Positions 1 to 9,816 of a stretch of DNA of 32,829 nucleotides are shown here, piece by piece. The position numbers and the translations under genes were made by a program. The stretch is from positions 1 through 32,829 of IMG/VR virus record IMGVR_UViG_3300005805_000272; one strand, written 5' to 3'. The notes under the pieces were generated by a model. The model did no database searches. It was not told where the DNA came from and was given only the letters and a program-made list of their open reading frames with translations. Numbering within the stretch: position 1 is the first letter of the stretch; each line of letters opens with the position of its first letter. This DNA comes from a virus. Taxonomy: Duplodnaviria; Caudoviricetes.

Positions 1-2177
1 TTTGCACCCTTACCACCCCCGCCGCCGCCAACAGCAATCACCACTGCCGTTGTAACGCCAGCCGTGCGTGTGTAGGTACCGGATGAGGTAAAGACCTGAA
101 CGTTCTTCAAGCTGCCTGTGGCTGCGGCCCAGGACAAAGTGCCAAAGCCGTTGGTGGAAAGCACCTGACCAGAAGAACCATCAGCCGCAGGCAGCGTGTA
201 TGTGGTGGACCCAGCAGCAGCGGCAGGCGCAAGACCGACATAACCTGAAGTAGCGCCGGAAAGGCGCAGGGTGCCTTTTACGTCGAGCTTGCTTCCAGGC
301 GAACTCGTCCCAATCCCCACGTCGCCGCCGTTGGTAATCCGCATCCGCTCAGTCGGGCTGCTTGCTCCATCCGCAGTGGTGCTAAATACCAACCGGCCCG
401 GCATGTCGTTGGTGCCGGGGGTGCCGTCTACTGCTGCCGCGATAAGGGCGGCGCGGACAAAGCCGGTCCCGTCATCAAAGCGGAAGTCAAGGTTTGTATT
501 ATCACCACTTGCAACAATACCGTTGACGCCAACAGTTCCGCCCCGAGATTTGCCAAAACCAAAATGAGCGTTTGCGCCATTAAACCAAGAAATACCGTCA
601 ATCGGAGTAACGCCTGGAGCGTTCGACTGAAAAGCAGGGACGCCTGATGCAAGAGTAGTTGGGGCGGACGCCCCTATAATAACCTTGCCGCTCGCATCCA
701 CCACAAACGGGGTCACATCCGGGTTTGCGCTGTCTTCCACCACCAGCGCATTGCCGGTGCCGGTTTGGGTGATGCGAACTCCATCAGTAGAGCCGCTCGC
801 ATTTACAACCAAGTCACCAGTAATTGTGCCGCCAGAAGTAGAGAGAAAGCCAGCGCCAGAAACATAGGCGGCAACCCAGGTGCTACCAGTCCAAAGGCGC
901 ATCTCACCAGCAACAGAGTTAAAGTAAAGAGCTCCAGCTACTAGAGCATTGCCGTCATTATCTAGCGCAGGATTGCTAGTCTTTGTCCCGAGATAACGGT
1001 CATCAAAGTTGTCGTATGCCGCAAGGGTAGCATCTCTTGCACTCTCAGCAGCAGTTCGGGCTGCCGCCGCGCTGGTTGCAGAGGTAGATGCTGAGCTAGC
1101 CGAAGAAGCCGCATTGCTGGCGGAAGTAGCTGCCGCACTAGCAGATGAAGCTGCATTGCTGGCGGATGTAGAAGCATTGCTTGCCTGCGTCGTTGCTGTG
1201 CTTGCAGAAGCAGCGGCAGCAGATGCACTCGAAGAGGCATTGGATGCTTGAGTTGTTGCCGTTGTGGCCGAACCAGAAGCAGAAGTCGCGCTATTTGCCG
1301 CATTCGTGGCCGAGGTAGAAGCAGAAGAAGCTGAGTTTGCAGCATTGGTCGCGGAAGTAGAGGCACTACTTGCGCTGTTGGAAGCATTGGTTGCGCTAGT
1401 AGAAGCATTGCCAGCAGAAGTAGAAGCCGCACTAGCCGAACCAGAGGCAGCACTCGCAGAAGATGCAGCGGCAGAAGCACTGGACGCAGCGGCACTTGCA
1501 GAAGATGCAGCCGCAGCCGCAGAAGCACCATCAATCAAGAGAGCCCAGCTTGCAGCATTAGGATTAGTGCTGATGGGCTGCGATCCAGAAGATGTATGCG
1601 CTTGCACACAAATGTAGATGCTTGCGTTCGACGTGTCTTTGACAATATCGCGCAGCACATAGGCAGTACCAGAGGCCCAGTTGCCGCGATAGTTGCCAAG
1701 CTCCTGCATTACGATAGCATTGCCAGTTGCGTCAAAGCCAAGCACCTTAGAGGCGCGGCTAGCAGCAACAGGCAAAGCTAAAGACGTAGAAGTATCAGTC
1801 TCAGAAAGCTGCACAACGCGAGTAATGTCATCCTCACGCTCCTGCACCATTGCAACAATCTTATCCAGCTCCGTATTTAAAGCCGAGATATTGAAGGGGC
1901 CTGAGGTCGGGAAGTCAGTCACCCGCTTAACGGGGATATCCCGAACAATGGTAATAATGTCTCCAGTCGTAGCGCCACTGGTCAGGGTGATTGAGCCACC
2001 TCCAGTAACGCCAGCACCAGTCACCGTGTAGTGCGTGGTAATAGTCTGGAGGATAGCGTTCTTATATACCTTGAGGTCGGCATTCTCGAAGAACTCAAAG
2101 GACACAGTAAACACAGTCTGCCCACTGGTGGCAGTGTACTGGTTCCGTGGCGCGGTATCATTAATGAGAATAGCCAT
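1..2177 (-). CDS. Tail fibre protein, 5' part (missing from ORF track; continues across the window junction to 32391, ~871 aa total)
   Basis: Hand translation from ATG 2177 (GGAGG RBS upstream): MAILINDTAPRNQYTATSGQTVFTVSFEFF...VRDIPVKRVTDFPTSGPFNISALNTELDKIVAMVQE resembles the T7 gp17 N-terminal anchor. It is followed by an Ala/Ser/Thr repeat, YDNFDDRYLG...GALYFN, ERMRI..G.VGIGT..P..KLDV and a Gly-rich domain at position 1. Confidence 0.9.
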   Translation of the reverse strand, partial: MAILINDTAPRNQYTATSGQTVFTVSFEFFENADLKVYKNAILQTITTHYTVTGAGVTGGGSITLTSGATTGDIITIVRDIPVKRVTDFPTSGPFNISALNTELDKIVAMVQEREDDITRVVQLSETDTSTSLALPVAASRASKVLGFDATGNAIVMQELGNYRGNWASGTAYVLRDIVKDTSNASIYICVQAHTSSGSQPISTNPNAASWALLIDGASAAAAASSASAAASSASAAASSASAASGSASAASTSAGNASTSATNASNSASSASTSATNAANSASSASTSATNAANSATSASGSATTATTQASNASSSASAAAASASTATTQASNASTSASNAASSASAAATSASNAASSASSASTSATSAAAARTAAESARDATLAAYDNFDDRYLGTKTSNPALDNDGNALVAGALYFNSVAGEMRLWTGSTWVAAYVSGAGFLSTSGGTITGDLVVNASGSTDGVRITQTGTGNALVVEDSANPDVTPFVVDASGKVIIGASAPTTLASGVPAFQSNAPGVTPIDGISWFNGANAHFGFGKSRGGTVGVNGIVASGDNTNLDFRFDDGTGFVRAALIAAAVDGTPGTNDMPGRLVFSTTADGASSPTERMRITNGGDVGIGTSSPGSKLDVKGTLRLSGATSGYVGLAPAAAAGSTTYTLPAADGSSGQVLSTNGFGTLSWAAATGSLKNVQVFTSSGTYTRTAGVTTAVVIAVGGGGGGKGA
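1030..1530 (-). repeat. Low-complexity Ala/Ser/Thr heptad-like repeats (e.g. ASTSATNAANS) in the tail fibre shaft
   Basis: Recurrent gcagaag/gaagcatt units on the + strand; translation gives repeats such as AAASSAS and ASTSATN. Confidence 0.85.
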
Positions 2178-2229
2178 AAAAACCTCCGATAATTACCCTT
2201 GGCACTAGACAGATAGTGGCTTCAATGCA

Positions 2230-5200
2230 CTAATAGCTTGCCTCTAATGCACCCTTCTCGAGCTGCCCAACGATCCCCTTGATATAGAAAAGGTCGTTGA
2301 GGGGCAGTAGCCTACGGATACCCCGAACCTCCTCCCGCCTAGTCATAGAGTCATCGAACATAAGCTGGTAAATGTCCGTAGCCTTACCAGCTACAGGACC
2401 AAAAGCCTCTCCAATTGGAGCAAGCTCATCCACACTGCGAGGACCGTAGCGAGGGGGCAAATCAAAGGCAGCGCGAAGCCCAAACTGGTTACGAGTAATC
2501 CCCTCGATCTTCTGGGAAACATCCGAGAAGATACCCAGCAAACCAGACTGCTCTACCGTGCGGATCATCTTATCCTCGAAAGGCATTTTATCCCAAATCT
2601 TCTCAGGGGTTTTGAGATAGAGGGATAGATAAGCCAGCCCAAGCATAGTCATGAAGCCGCCAACAACATTGGCTTCACGCCCCTGGAGGGCAGAAACCAA
2701 AGTCTTGTTGGTCGAGGCAAAGGCAAAGTTCATGAATTGGAAGGGCAGGCGAAGATAAGGTATCTCCCTGCGACCCTCGCCCCGGCCAATGAAGCCCCGC
2801 GCAATATTGGGAATATCGCCCTCAGTCGCAGTCACCACCTGGCGCATGGTCTGGGTTGCCACCGCAGCACCAAACTTCCGAACCAACTCAGAATCAGTCC
2901 AAGCACCAATATTAGTGAGGTTCAAGGCCCGATCACGCTCATAAGGCATATCGGCAATACGAGCAGCATCCTCAGGAGATAGACCCGCAGCCCTAAAGTT
3001 TGCCTTGACCCTAGAATTGGCTGTGCCAGCGACAATAGCCTTGGCATCATCAATCAAATAATGAGCGTTCATCACATTGGAGAAGCTCTTCAAGGCATCC
3101 GTGTAGGGGCCAAGAAGGTTCATATTGAAGTAAACGCTATTGGTGAACTTGGAGAGAGGACGGTTTACCTTATCCAACATACGCCCAGCCCAATCAATCG
3201 AACCATTGAGAGGGCCACCCTGCTCGGCGTACCGGCTGAGGTGGCTACCCAGGGCAGTATCAACGGCCTGCCCAGTAAGCTCCCGCATCTCCTTGGACAT
3301 CTGCCCAAAGGCTTTGGGATCAGTCAAACCATCAAAGGCAAAGCGGAACGTCCGACCAAAGCCGTGCATAAGGATAGCCTTGGCTGGTTCAGTTAAGCTC
3401 GAAAGCAAGGCCCCACCAAGGCTTGTGATTGTCGAGAAGTTTGAAGCTATAGAAACCGCCTTGCGATTGAGAGACATTGGGTTGTGCGAGTAAACGTCAC
3501 CCAAGGTAAAGTCCCTCAGATTCTCAGCATGACCAATGAGCTTCTCAATACGCTTAGAGATTGTAGCCTCAGAGCCTTTCATCTCCCGGGCGGCAATAAT
3601 AGCTGCATCATAGATTGCCTCTTGGGCATCACGCTCCCCAAAGATGCGGGCAACCTCCATGGATTTACCCACACGATCTGCATAAGACCTCATAAGGCCC
3701 TGGATGTCATCCTCGATAAAGTCCCAGACAAGCTCGTTAGGAATATCCAAGTCCCTGGAAAGGAATGGCTGATCCGTTTTATTGCCCAAAGAGAGCTCGC
3801 CAAGCTGGCTCTTCTTCATGATGTTCGCCACAGTCTCATTTACGCGAGCATCAATAGAGGCAGAATCTAGCTTATCCCCAGGGCGGGGATTACTTGTGTA
3901 CCATTGAGTAAGAATCTTGCGGAGGCTTTTGGGTCCAGCCTCATCCTCCATGACCTTCTCAAGGTTCCAGATGCGGTTGAGGTAAAACTTCTCATTTGCC
4001 GGACCGAGGAACGGTTCGTAGTTTTCGTTTGCCGCAGCCTGAATGCCCTTTTTGCCAGAGTAAAATTCACCATAACGATTACTCAAAACCTTCTCTGATT
4101 GAGCAATCGCAGCATCGGTAAACTTATCTTTTTCCCCAAATTGGATTAAATCCTTTAATATTGGTATACCATTTTTACCATATTGGTGAAAATCGACATC
4201 TCCATCTGCATCAAATCTAGCTCCTATGCCTGGGGCAAATTGAATATCATCCCCAAGTGCATCTCCATATATTTTTCCTTTTGTAAGTAATGATAATTCC
4301 ATGGCTGCTTTATCAGCCAATTCTCTTGATCCAATATATATAGTAAAATCTTTTCCTGTTTGACCAGAATTAACGCCCTCCTTAAATCTTAGTCCAAGTG
4401 ATTTTAATTTTTCAATAAAGATACCCTTGTCAACTGAAAGACTATTATAGCCAACATGAAATTTCCATCCGGCTGTCTCTTTTAGACCCTTTGGAACGGC
4501 AGAAGTTTTTGTGCTCCCTTGGAAGAAACCCGTAGTAACTTGAGTTGGTTGCTGCAACTCTTCAAGCTGGCGGCGAGCGATGTCATTGATGAGGTTCTCG
4601 TAATCAGCCCCAGTCAACCCAGCACCACGGCGAACAGTCACATGCGATAGCTCGTGTCGCATAATGAAGTTTGCCCAATCATCGGGCGTTGGGAAGAGTT
4701 CATCAGGAAGCGGAGTAACGCCCTCCATCTTGGGATTGCGCCAAGCCTTTGCTTGCCATGCAGCATCAGACGCTTCACGGTCAAAGTAAATCTTGTTCTC
4801 TTCTGGGCGATAGAGAGCAATAACTGGAGAACCATCAGACTTGTTCTTGCCTGTCGGCCCATAAGATACCTCGACCCCATTAACCGCAGGCACATTCTCA
4901 TTTGCGGGAGAAGGGGTGCGAATAGGCTCACGCTCAGGAATAGCGGCGGCAGCACGAGGCCCTGGCTTCTGCTTTCCCTCAATGAAAGACAGAGCGCCAC
5001 GATAATAGTCAGCCCGCTCATTGGCTCGCCCAAGAGCTTTGGTGAGTATCTGCAACTCAACACGCTCATTAGCCGTCAGCTTTTTAAGATCAACCTCACC
5101 CTCTGGGGTGATGCCACCCTTAGTCTCGAGCTCAGAACGCCGCGTTTGGTTCTTGTCAATAAAAACCTGAACCCGCCCCAAAGACCTATTTAAAGTCTGA

Positions 5201-6447
5201 GGCGTCATGATCATGTTTGCTTCAATCGCGTAGTCCCGCATCTCATCATAGAAGGGACGCACCGCAAGAGCAGCCTCCTTCACAAATGGATTGGGATCGT
5301 CAATCTTATCGCGGAAGTGAGCGCGAGCAACAGCACGATAGAACTCGCGCTCGGTCATCTTCCCATCACGAGGCTTTACACCAACAGCCTGGGCAACGCG
5401 CATACCAGCAGCCGGAAGATTTACACCAAGAACACTGGCAGGCTCCTGGCCCCCAGAGATATAGCGCACATAGATATCATCAATCTCTTTGGCGTAGCGA
5501 GTATAGAAGCCCACCCACTTCTGAGAACGCAGCAAAGCAGATTGAGGGCTTGCCTCTCCAGCCAGGTTCCTATTCATAAGCTGACCAGTGCCAGCCATAG
5601 ACAAGGCAAAATCCTCGAAGGAGCGATGCTTACTGGAAACTAGGGGGCCAAAGTCTCCAATCGAATTGGAGATATTCTCCAGGCCATAAGCAGGGGCAAT
5701 GCCAGTAGGGCCAGAACCTGTTTCACGTGCAACAAAGGGAGTATATGGGGAAGCAGGGTCAAGCGGATTACCGCCGAAAGCCCCAACATTCACACCCTCA
5801 TCAATGTTCCTGCCCTGCCGGGAAAGCTCATCAGCAAACTCAGTCATGCGAGCGTTACTGGGAATACCAGTGCGGCCAACAATTCCACCAAAGATCGAAC
5901 CAAAAGCCGCGCCAATAGCAGCCCGGCTATAAATCTCACTGCTCTCCATTGGGGCTACGGCTTGCTCTAAGACGGCTGTGCCAGCACCAACGGCAGCGGT
6001 GGATGCCCCACCCATTAGAGCGCCCCTGAGAGCGCCTGCGCGGGCTACAACACCAAGTCCAATAAAGTTAGCCGGATCGAAGATGCCAGAGACCAGGCTG
6101 GAACCAATGCCGCCCTCCTCAGCAAGACGCTTCCTACGCTCTTCGTACTCCTGAATGCGACTATAGATAGCGTCGAAGTGCTCACGAGAACGAGCCTCAC
6201 GCAAGTAAGGGATATACTCTTCCTTGCCTCGGATCAGCTCTCGATCCACAGGATTAAAGCTTGGGTCAGCAGGAACATTGGTATCGAAGATATTCTGCCC
6301 TTGCTGGACCCACCAGCTATTAAGAACATTCTCCGCTACGTTCCGAAAGAACCCACCTTCTGGGCCACGAACAGGAGTAGGAGCTTGGATAACAGGGGTC
6401 TCTGCCCCCATCAAAGGCAGGCTTGTTAAATCACTCATCCGCGCCAA
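2230..6447 (-). CDS. Large internal virion (ejection) protein, T7 gp16-like position, with inserted HExxH and lyase-like domains
   Basis: 1405 aa; last of three internal virion genes before the tail fibre; hydrophobic Gly/Ala-rich N-terminal stretch; C-terminal PFQFMNFAFA region; internal HELSH and GWKFHV motifs. Confidence 0.8.
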   Translation of the reverse strand: MARMSDLTSLPLMGAETPVIQAPTPVRGPEGGFFRNVAENVLNSWWVQQGQNIFDTNVPADPSFNPVDRELIRGKEEYIPYLREARSREHFDAIYSRIQEYEERRKRLAEEGGIGSSLVSGIFDPANFIGLGVVARAGALRGALMGGASTAAVGAGTAVLEQAVAPMESSEIYSRAAIGAAFGSIFGGIVGRTGIPSNARMTEFADELSRQGRNIDEGVNVGAFGGNPLDPASPYTPFVARETGSGPTGIAPAYGLENISNSIGDFGPLVSSKHRSFEDFALSMAGTGQLMNRNLAGEASPQSALLRSQKWVGFYTRYAKEIDDIYVRYISGGQEPASVLGVNLPAAGMRVAQAVGVKPRDGKMTEREFYRAVARAHFRDKIDDPNPFVKEAALAVRPFYDEMRDYAIEANMIMTPQTLNRSLGRVQVFIDKNQTRRSELETKGGITPEGEVDLKKLTANERVELQILTKALGRANERADYYRGALSFIEGKQKPGPRAAAAIPEREPIRTPSPANENVPAVNGVEVSYGPTGKNKSDGSPVIALYRPEENKIYFDREASDAAWQAKAWRNPKMEGVTPLPDELFPTPDDWANFIMRHELSHVTVRRGAGLTGADYENLINDIARRQLEELQQPTQVTTGFFQGSTKTSAVPKGLKETAGWKFHVGYNSLSVDKGIFIEKLKSLGLRFKEGVNSGQTGKDFTIYIGSRELADKAAMELSLLTKGKIYGDALGDDIQFAPGIGARFDADGDVDFHQYGKNGIPILKDLIQFGEKDKFTDAAIAQSEKVLSNRYGEFYSGKKGIQAAANENYEPFLGPANEKFYLNRIWNLEKVMEDEAGPKSLRKILTQWYTSNPRPGDKLDSASIDARVNETVANIMKKSQLGELSLGNKTDQPFLSRDLDIPNELVWDFIEDDIQGLMRSYADRVGKSMEVARIFGERDAQEAIYDAAIIAAREMKGSEATISKRIEKLIGHAENLRDFTLGDVYSHNPMSLNRKAVSIASNFSTITSLGGALLSSLTEPAKAILMHGFGRTFRFAFDGLTDPKAFGQMSKEMRELTGQAVDTALGSHLSRYAEQGGPLNGSIDWAGRMLDKVNRPLSKFTNSVYFNMNLLGPYTDALKSFSNVMNAHYLIDDAKAIVAGTANSRVKANFRAAGLSPEDAARIADMPYERDRALNLTNIGAWTDSELVRKFGAAVATQTMRQVVTATEGDIPNIARGFIGRGEGRREIPYLRLPFQFMNFAFASTNKTLVSALQGREANVVGGFMTMLGLAYLSLYLKTPEKIWDKMPFEDKMIRTVEQSGLLGIFSDVSQKIEGITRNQFGLRAAFDLPPRYGPRSVDELAPIGEAFGPVAGKATDIYQLMFDDSMTRREEVRGIRRLLPLNDLFYIKGIVGQLEKGALEASY

Positions 6448-9272
6448 TCCTCGCTATCTGCCTGACTTACAACTCGCCCATTACGCCGCGCACTAATCGG
6501 TTCTATATGCCAGGGCTCATGTTGCAGAGGAAAGTTTAATCCAAACCTACGCGCGTTACTGTGCATCCAGCGCCTTGCGTCCTCGCTTCTCGTTTGGATA
6601 TCAATGGCAAGACCAGTCTCATGGGTTGAACCCCCAGGTTTGGCGACCCAACGGGAAGCGGCAGCCTCATTGCCATACTTAGCCAAAGCCTCATTCCACA
6701 ATTGGGTTTGACGCTCATTGGTTCTGGCAGCAGAAGTAATTTGAACCTGAGCCCTTAATTCCTGCGGCATATCGAGAAGCATGTCCCTCATGCTGGAGGC
6801 AAAGTTCCTATTCAAGCCATCTACATTTGGGGCAATTGCAGGCACAGCAAAACCACGAAGACTATCATAGATAGGACGATCACCCTCAGCAGGCTCGGGC
6901 CACACAGCAGAAGTCCTTCGGCGCTCAGGAAGGATAGGCTCATCTGGATCACGCCTACCGCCAGGGGTGGGGCGAGGAGCATTACGAGGAATAACTCCAG
7001 GCGTTCCAGTCGCTGGAACCGAAGGCCGCTCAATAATGGCATCACGCAGATTGATTGGACCAAAACGCCCAGGGTTTGGCCCCTCAAGAACATCAGGCAT
7101 TGTCTCACCAGCGCGGCGATTTATCTCACGAGCAGCCGCACGATCAGCGGAAATGTTCCTGGCATACTCATCTTGACGCTGAGCTGGAACACCAAGGTTC
7201 ACAACAACCTCATTCCCTTGGTAATCTCGAACCGTGCGCCAAATATCATCCTGCCCTCGGACAAGGATATTGAAGCCAGGGTTTGCAGTATCTCGCCCAG
7301 TATGAGACAGACCATAGTCTCGGCCATACCTCATAGAACCCAAGTCATCAGGAAGATTAAAGCCTGACTGCTGGCGAGGAATAAACCTCTGGTCATCTGG
7401 CAATGCAGTAGCAGAGGCATTTAACTCCCGGTCAGCACGAAGAACCCCATCCACATAAAGACGAGCATACTCCGTTGTCCTGTTTTGGCTTCCACCACTT
7501 CCGGTCCAATCAAAGATAGAAGGGATGGCCTGACTATTCGAGACAATAGAACCTCGCTCTACTCGCCCACCATTCCGAGATAACAGCTCAGAATCATAGC
7601 GATGCTGCGTCATAAACTGCCTGACACCCTGCTTAATTGCATCATCAACAGGAAGAGTGTCATTCGTAGCTATAAGGCCATAGATATTTGCAAGCATTAT
7701 TCGACGCTGAGCAAAAGTAGATTGCTGCCAGTTTGCGCGTGAGAATACGCCAGTTTCTGGGAAAAAATTATCAATCTTCTCAAGAAGCTTTCTTTCTGTA
7801 AGAACTACGCCATCTTCACCCTTAATCTTATCCCGAATAGCATCAGAGAGAGCATCATAAGAGGTGGGAGCGGCGCGACCTCTATCAACTAATTCACGAG
7901 CACTTTTGGCGGCATCAACATTAGTTACACCAGCTCTAATAGAGGCATCATAATGGAACATAAAATTAAAGTCATTGCGGTTGAGACCACCAATAACATT
8001 GGCATCTTCCCCACCAGAAATAGGCATATTATTTAGATGCCTGAATAACCCCAAACGCTGATCCAATTGCTCAGGAGACATCAAGTTTGAATTGGCAAAC
8101 AAGCCTCGAGTAGCATTTGTCGGCAAAGCGCCAAACTGCCGGAAGAGAGAATCAAGCCCAGAACCATCAGGAGCAAAGACATTCACCTGATTATTGCGAG
8201 CCCAAGTAAACATTGCCGCTTCAAAGGCAGGTTGAGAAACACCTTCTGGACGACCACGAGCACCAGAATTGGAGTTATCAATAATCGCGTTCGTAGTGGC
8301 GTCACGCTGCTGAGTAGAAACCTGGCGGCTTAGCGTAGTCCTCATTCGCTCCAAGCGAGCAGCAAGTGCATCACGAGCTCGAGGGTCAGTGATGTTCTCC
8401 CGAATATCCTCAGGACGAATACCCATCACATTCTCTCCATCCGTATATGGAGAACGAGTAATGCGGATTAGATCATCCACCTGATCAATAGTCAGGGTGC
8501 CCTCCATCAAACGCTCAGACACACGAGCCATGATGGTGCCAGAAGCACGAAGGCCAGCAATGGAATTATCGAGATCGGTAAGATAGCTTGGGGGGCGAGC
8601 ACCAACAGCTACAAGGCGCTCAGCATTGCGGCGAGCAAAACCAACAGCCTCTTCACCACGAGCATTACCCTCAGGAGTATTCAAGGCGAATAAATCAAAA
8701 GCCTCAGTCGCAGAGCGATTGACTAGATTTTCAGCTTCCTGAATCTCTAAGGTACGACGCCGCCGCGCATCTTCCATGAGGATAGACCCCATGTGCTGAT
8801 TAACCTCACGGCGAATCAGCGGCTCGGCGCGAAGGCGAACCTGAGGGTCTAATGCCTCAATACGAGCAGTAGCAGATGCCTCGAGAAGAGAGGCCGCTCG
8901 AGCTGGATCATCAGGATTATTGGCACGAACTTGCTGAGCAAAAGCCTCAAAGTCCTGCGCGGAAGAATAGGCAACCCGATCAGTAACAACCTGGTTATAG
9001 ACGTTGCGGGCAAGAATACCAAAACCCTCAGGAGTCTCGGGACGCTGATAATTGCCCTGCTCATCCTTCGGAATTACAGCAGAAGCTCCGGCCTGCTTTG
9101 CGGTCTCACGAGCCTCAGCCTCACCAAAGAGAGAGGCCATACGGCTAACCTCAGCTCCAAGCTCTTGAGCCTTTGCCATGCCAGAAGGCCCGGGTAGATC
9201 AGTCCGGAACTCACGGATCATGCGCCCGCTGGGCTGAATCCCTACACGCTGTTCATCCCGCTGGATCGCCAT
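6435..9272 (-). CDS. Internal virion protein (gp15-like position) with C-terminal peptidase M15 (VanY-like) domain
   Basis: 945 aa, predicted helical; C-terminus ITSAARTNERQTQLW...VAKPGGSTHETGLAIDI...HEPWHIE matches the M15 SxHxxGxAxD and ExWH motifs. Confidence 0.85.
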   Translation of the reverse strand: MAIQRDEQRVGIQPSGRMIREFRTDLPGPSGMAKAQELGAEVSRMASLFGEAEARETAKQAGASAVIPKDEQGNYQRPETPEGFGILARNVYNQVVTDRVAYSSAQDFEAFAQQVRANNPDDPARAASLLEASATARIEALDPQVRLRAEPLIRREVNQHMGSILMEDARRRRTLEIQEAENLVNRSATEAFDLFALNTPEGNARGEEAVGFARRNAERLVAVGARPPSYLTDLDNSIAGLRASGTIMARVSERLMEGTLTIDQVDDLIRITRSPYTDGENVMGIRPEDIRENITDPRARDALAARLERMRTTLSRQVSTQQRDATTNAIIDNSNSGARGRPEGVSQPAFEAAMFTWARNNQVNVFAPDGSGLDSLFRQFGALPTNATRGLFANSNLMSPEQLDQRLGLFRHLNNMPISGGEDANVIGGLNRNDFNFMFHYDASIRAGVTNVDAAKSARELVDRGRAAPTSYDALSDAIRDKIKGEDGVVLTERKLLEKIDNFFPETGVFSRANWQQSTFAQRRIMLANIYGLIATNDTLPVDDAIKQGVRQFMTQHRYDSELLSRNGGRVERGSIVSNSQAIPSIFDWTGSGGSQNRTTEYARLYVDGVLRADRELNASATALPDDQRFIPRQQSGFNLPDDLGSMRYGRDYGLSHTGRDTANPGFNILVRGQDDIWRTVRDYQGNEVVVNLGVPAQRQDEYARNISADRAAAREINRRAGETMPDVLEGPNPGRFGPINLRDAIIERPSVPATGTPGVIPRNAPRPTPGGRRDPDEPILPERRRTSAVWPEPAEGDRPIYDSLRGFAVPAIAPNVDGLNRNFASSMRDMLLDMPQELRAQVQITSAARTNERQTQLWNEALAKYGNEAAASRWVAKPGGSTHETGLAIDIQTRSEDARRWMHSNARRFGLNFPLQHEPWHIEPISARRNGRVVSQADSEDWRG

Positions 9273-9303
9273 GACTTATCTCCGAGTCCTATAGGGCTGC
9301 TAC

Positions 9304-9816
9304 TTAGCGCGTCCGAGAGTACGCATAAGTTGAGTAATTTCGAGTTGCAGCAGTAGCCGCATTAAAGAAAGCACCAGTATATGCTTGGGTGGCAATCTGA
9401 CTAGCCCGAGTACGCTGGAACTGTGACTCTACACGGTTTACCGCAATCTGATCAGTCAACCTTCCAGTTGCAACCTGACCCTGCAAGCGAATATTCTGGA
9501 TGTCAGACTCCAAAGCTTTGTTTGCCGCCTCATCAATCGCCTGGAAAGATAAACTTTCACGCACTCCAGAGCCAGCCAAAAAAGCCTCGTTTGCTGCCCT
9601 GATCTGCCGAGAGCGATCTCGCCTAGCGTTCTCTTGCTCAAGAGCTTGAAGCTCTACAATTTTTCTATCTTCGGCAAGTTGCTCGTTCTGCACGCCTATT
9701 TGATACTGCCGAAACTGCATCTCAGTCTCGGCGGCTTGTGCGGCTTGCTGAGCTCCAACAAAACCACCAACAGCAGAGATTGCCGTGGCGGCAATAAGTG
9801 CTACCTCAAGTCCCAT
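9304..9816 (-). CDS. Internal virion protein (T7 gp14-like)
   Basis: 170 aa, hydrophobic N-terminus then Ala/Gln-rich helix with AGSGV motif; directly after the nozzle gene. Confidence 0.75.
   Translation of the reverse strand: MGLEVALIAATAISAVGGFVGAQQAAQAAETEMQFRQYQIGVQNEQLAEDRKIVELQALEQENARRDRSRQIRAANEAFLAGSGVRESLSFQAIDEAANKALESDIQNIRLQGQVATGRLTDQIAVNRVESQFQRTRASQIATQAYTGAFFNAATAATRNYSTYAYSRTR

Noticed and set aside
962-2031. Ala/Glu-rich + strand ORFs (1009, 1264, 1693) and the Leu-rich 962..1534 minus ORF
   Set aside because: Antisense or off-frame shadows of the repetitive tail-fibre gene.
4040-4530. AT-rich insert as an intein, intron or homing endonuclease
   Set aside because: The frame is uninterrupted and I see no intein splice-junction, LAGLIDADG or HNH motifs; a cargo domain fits better.
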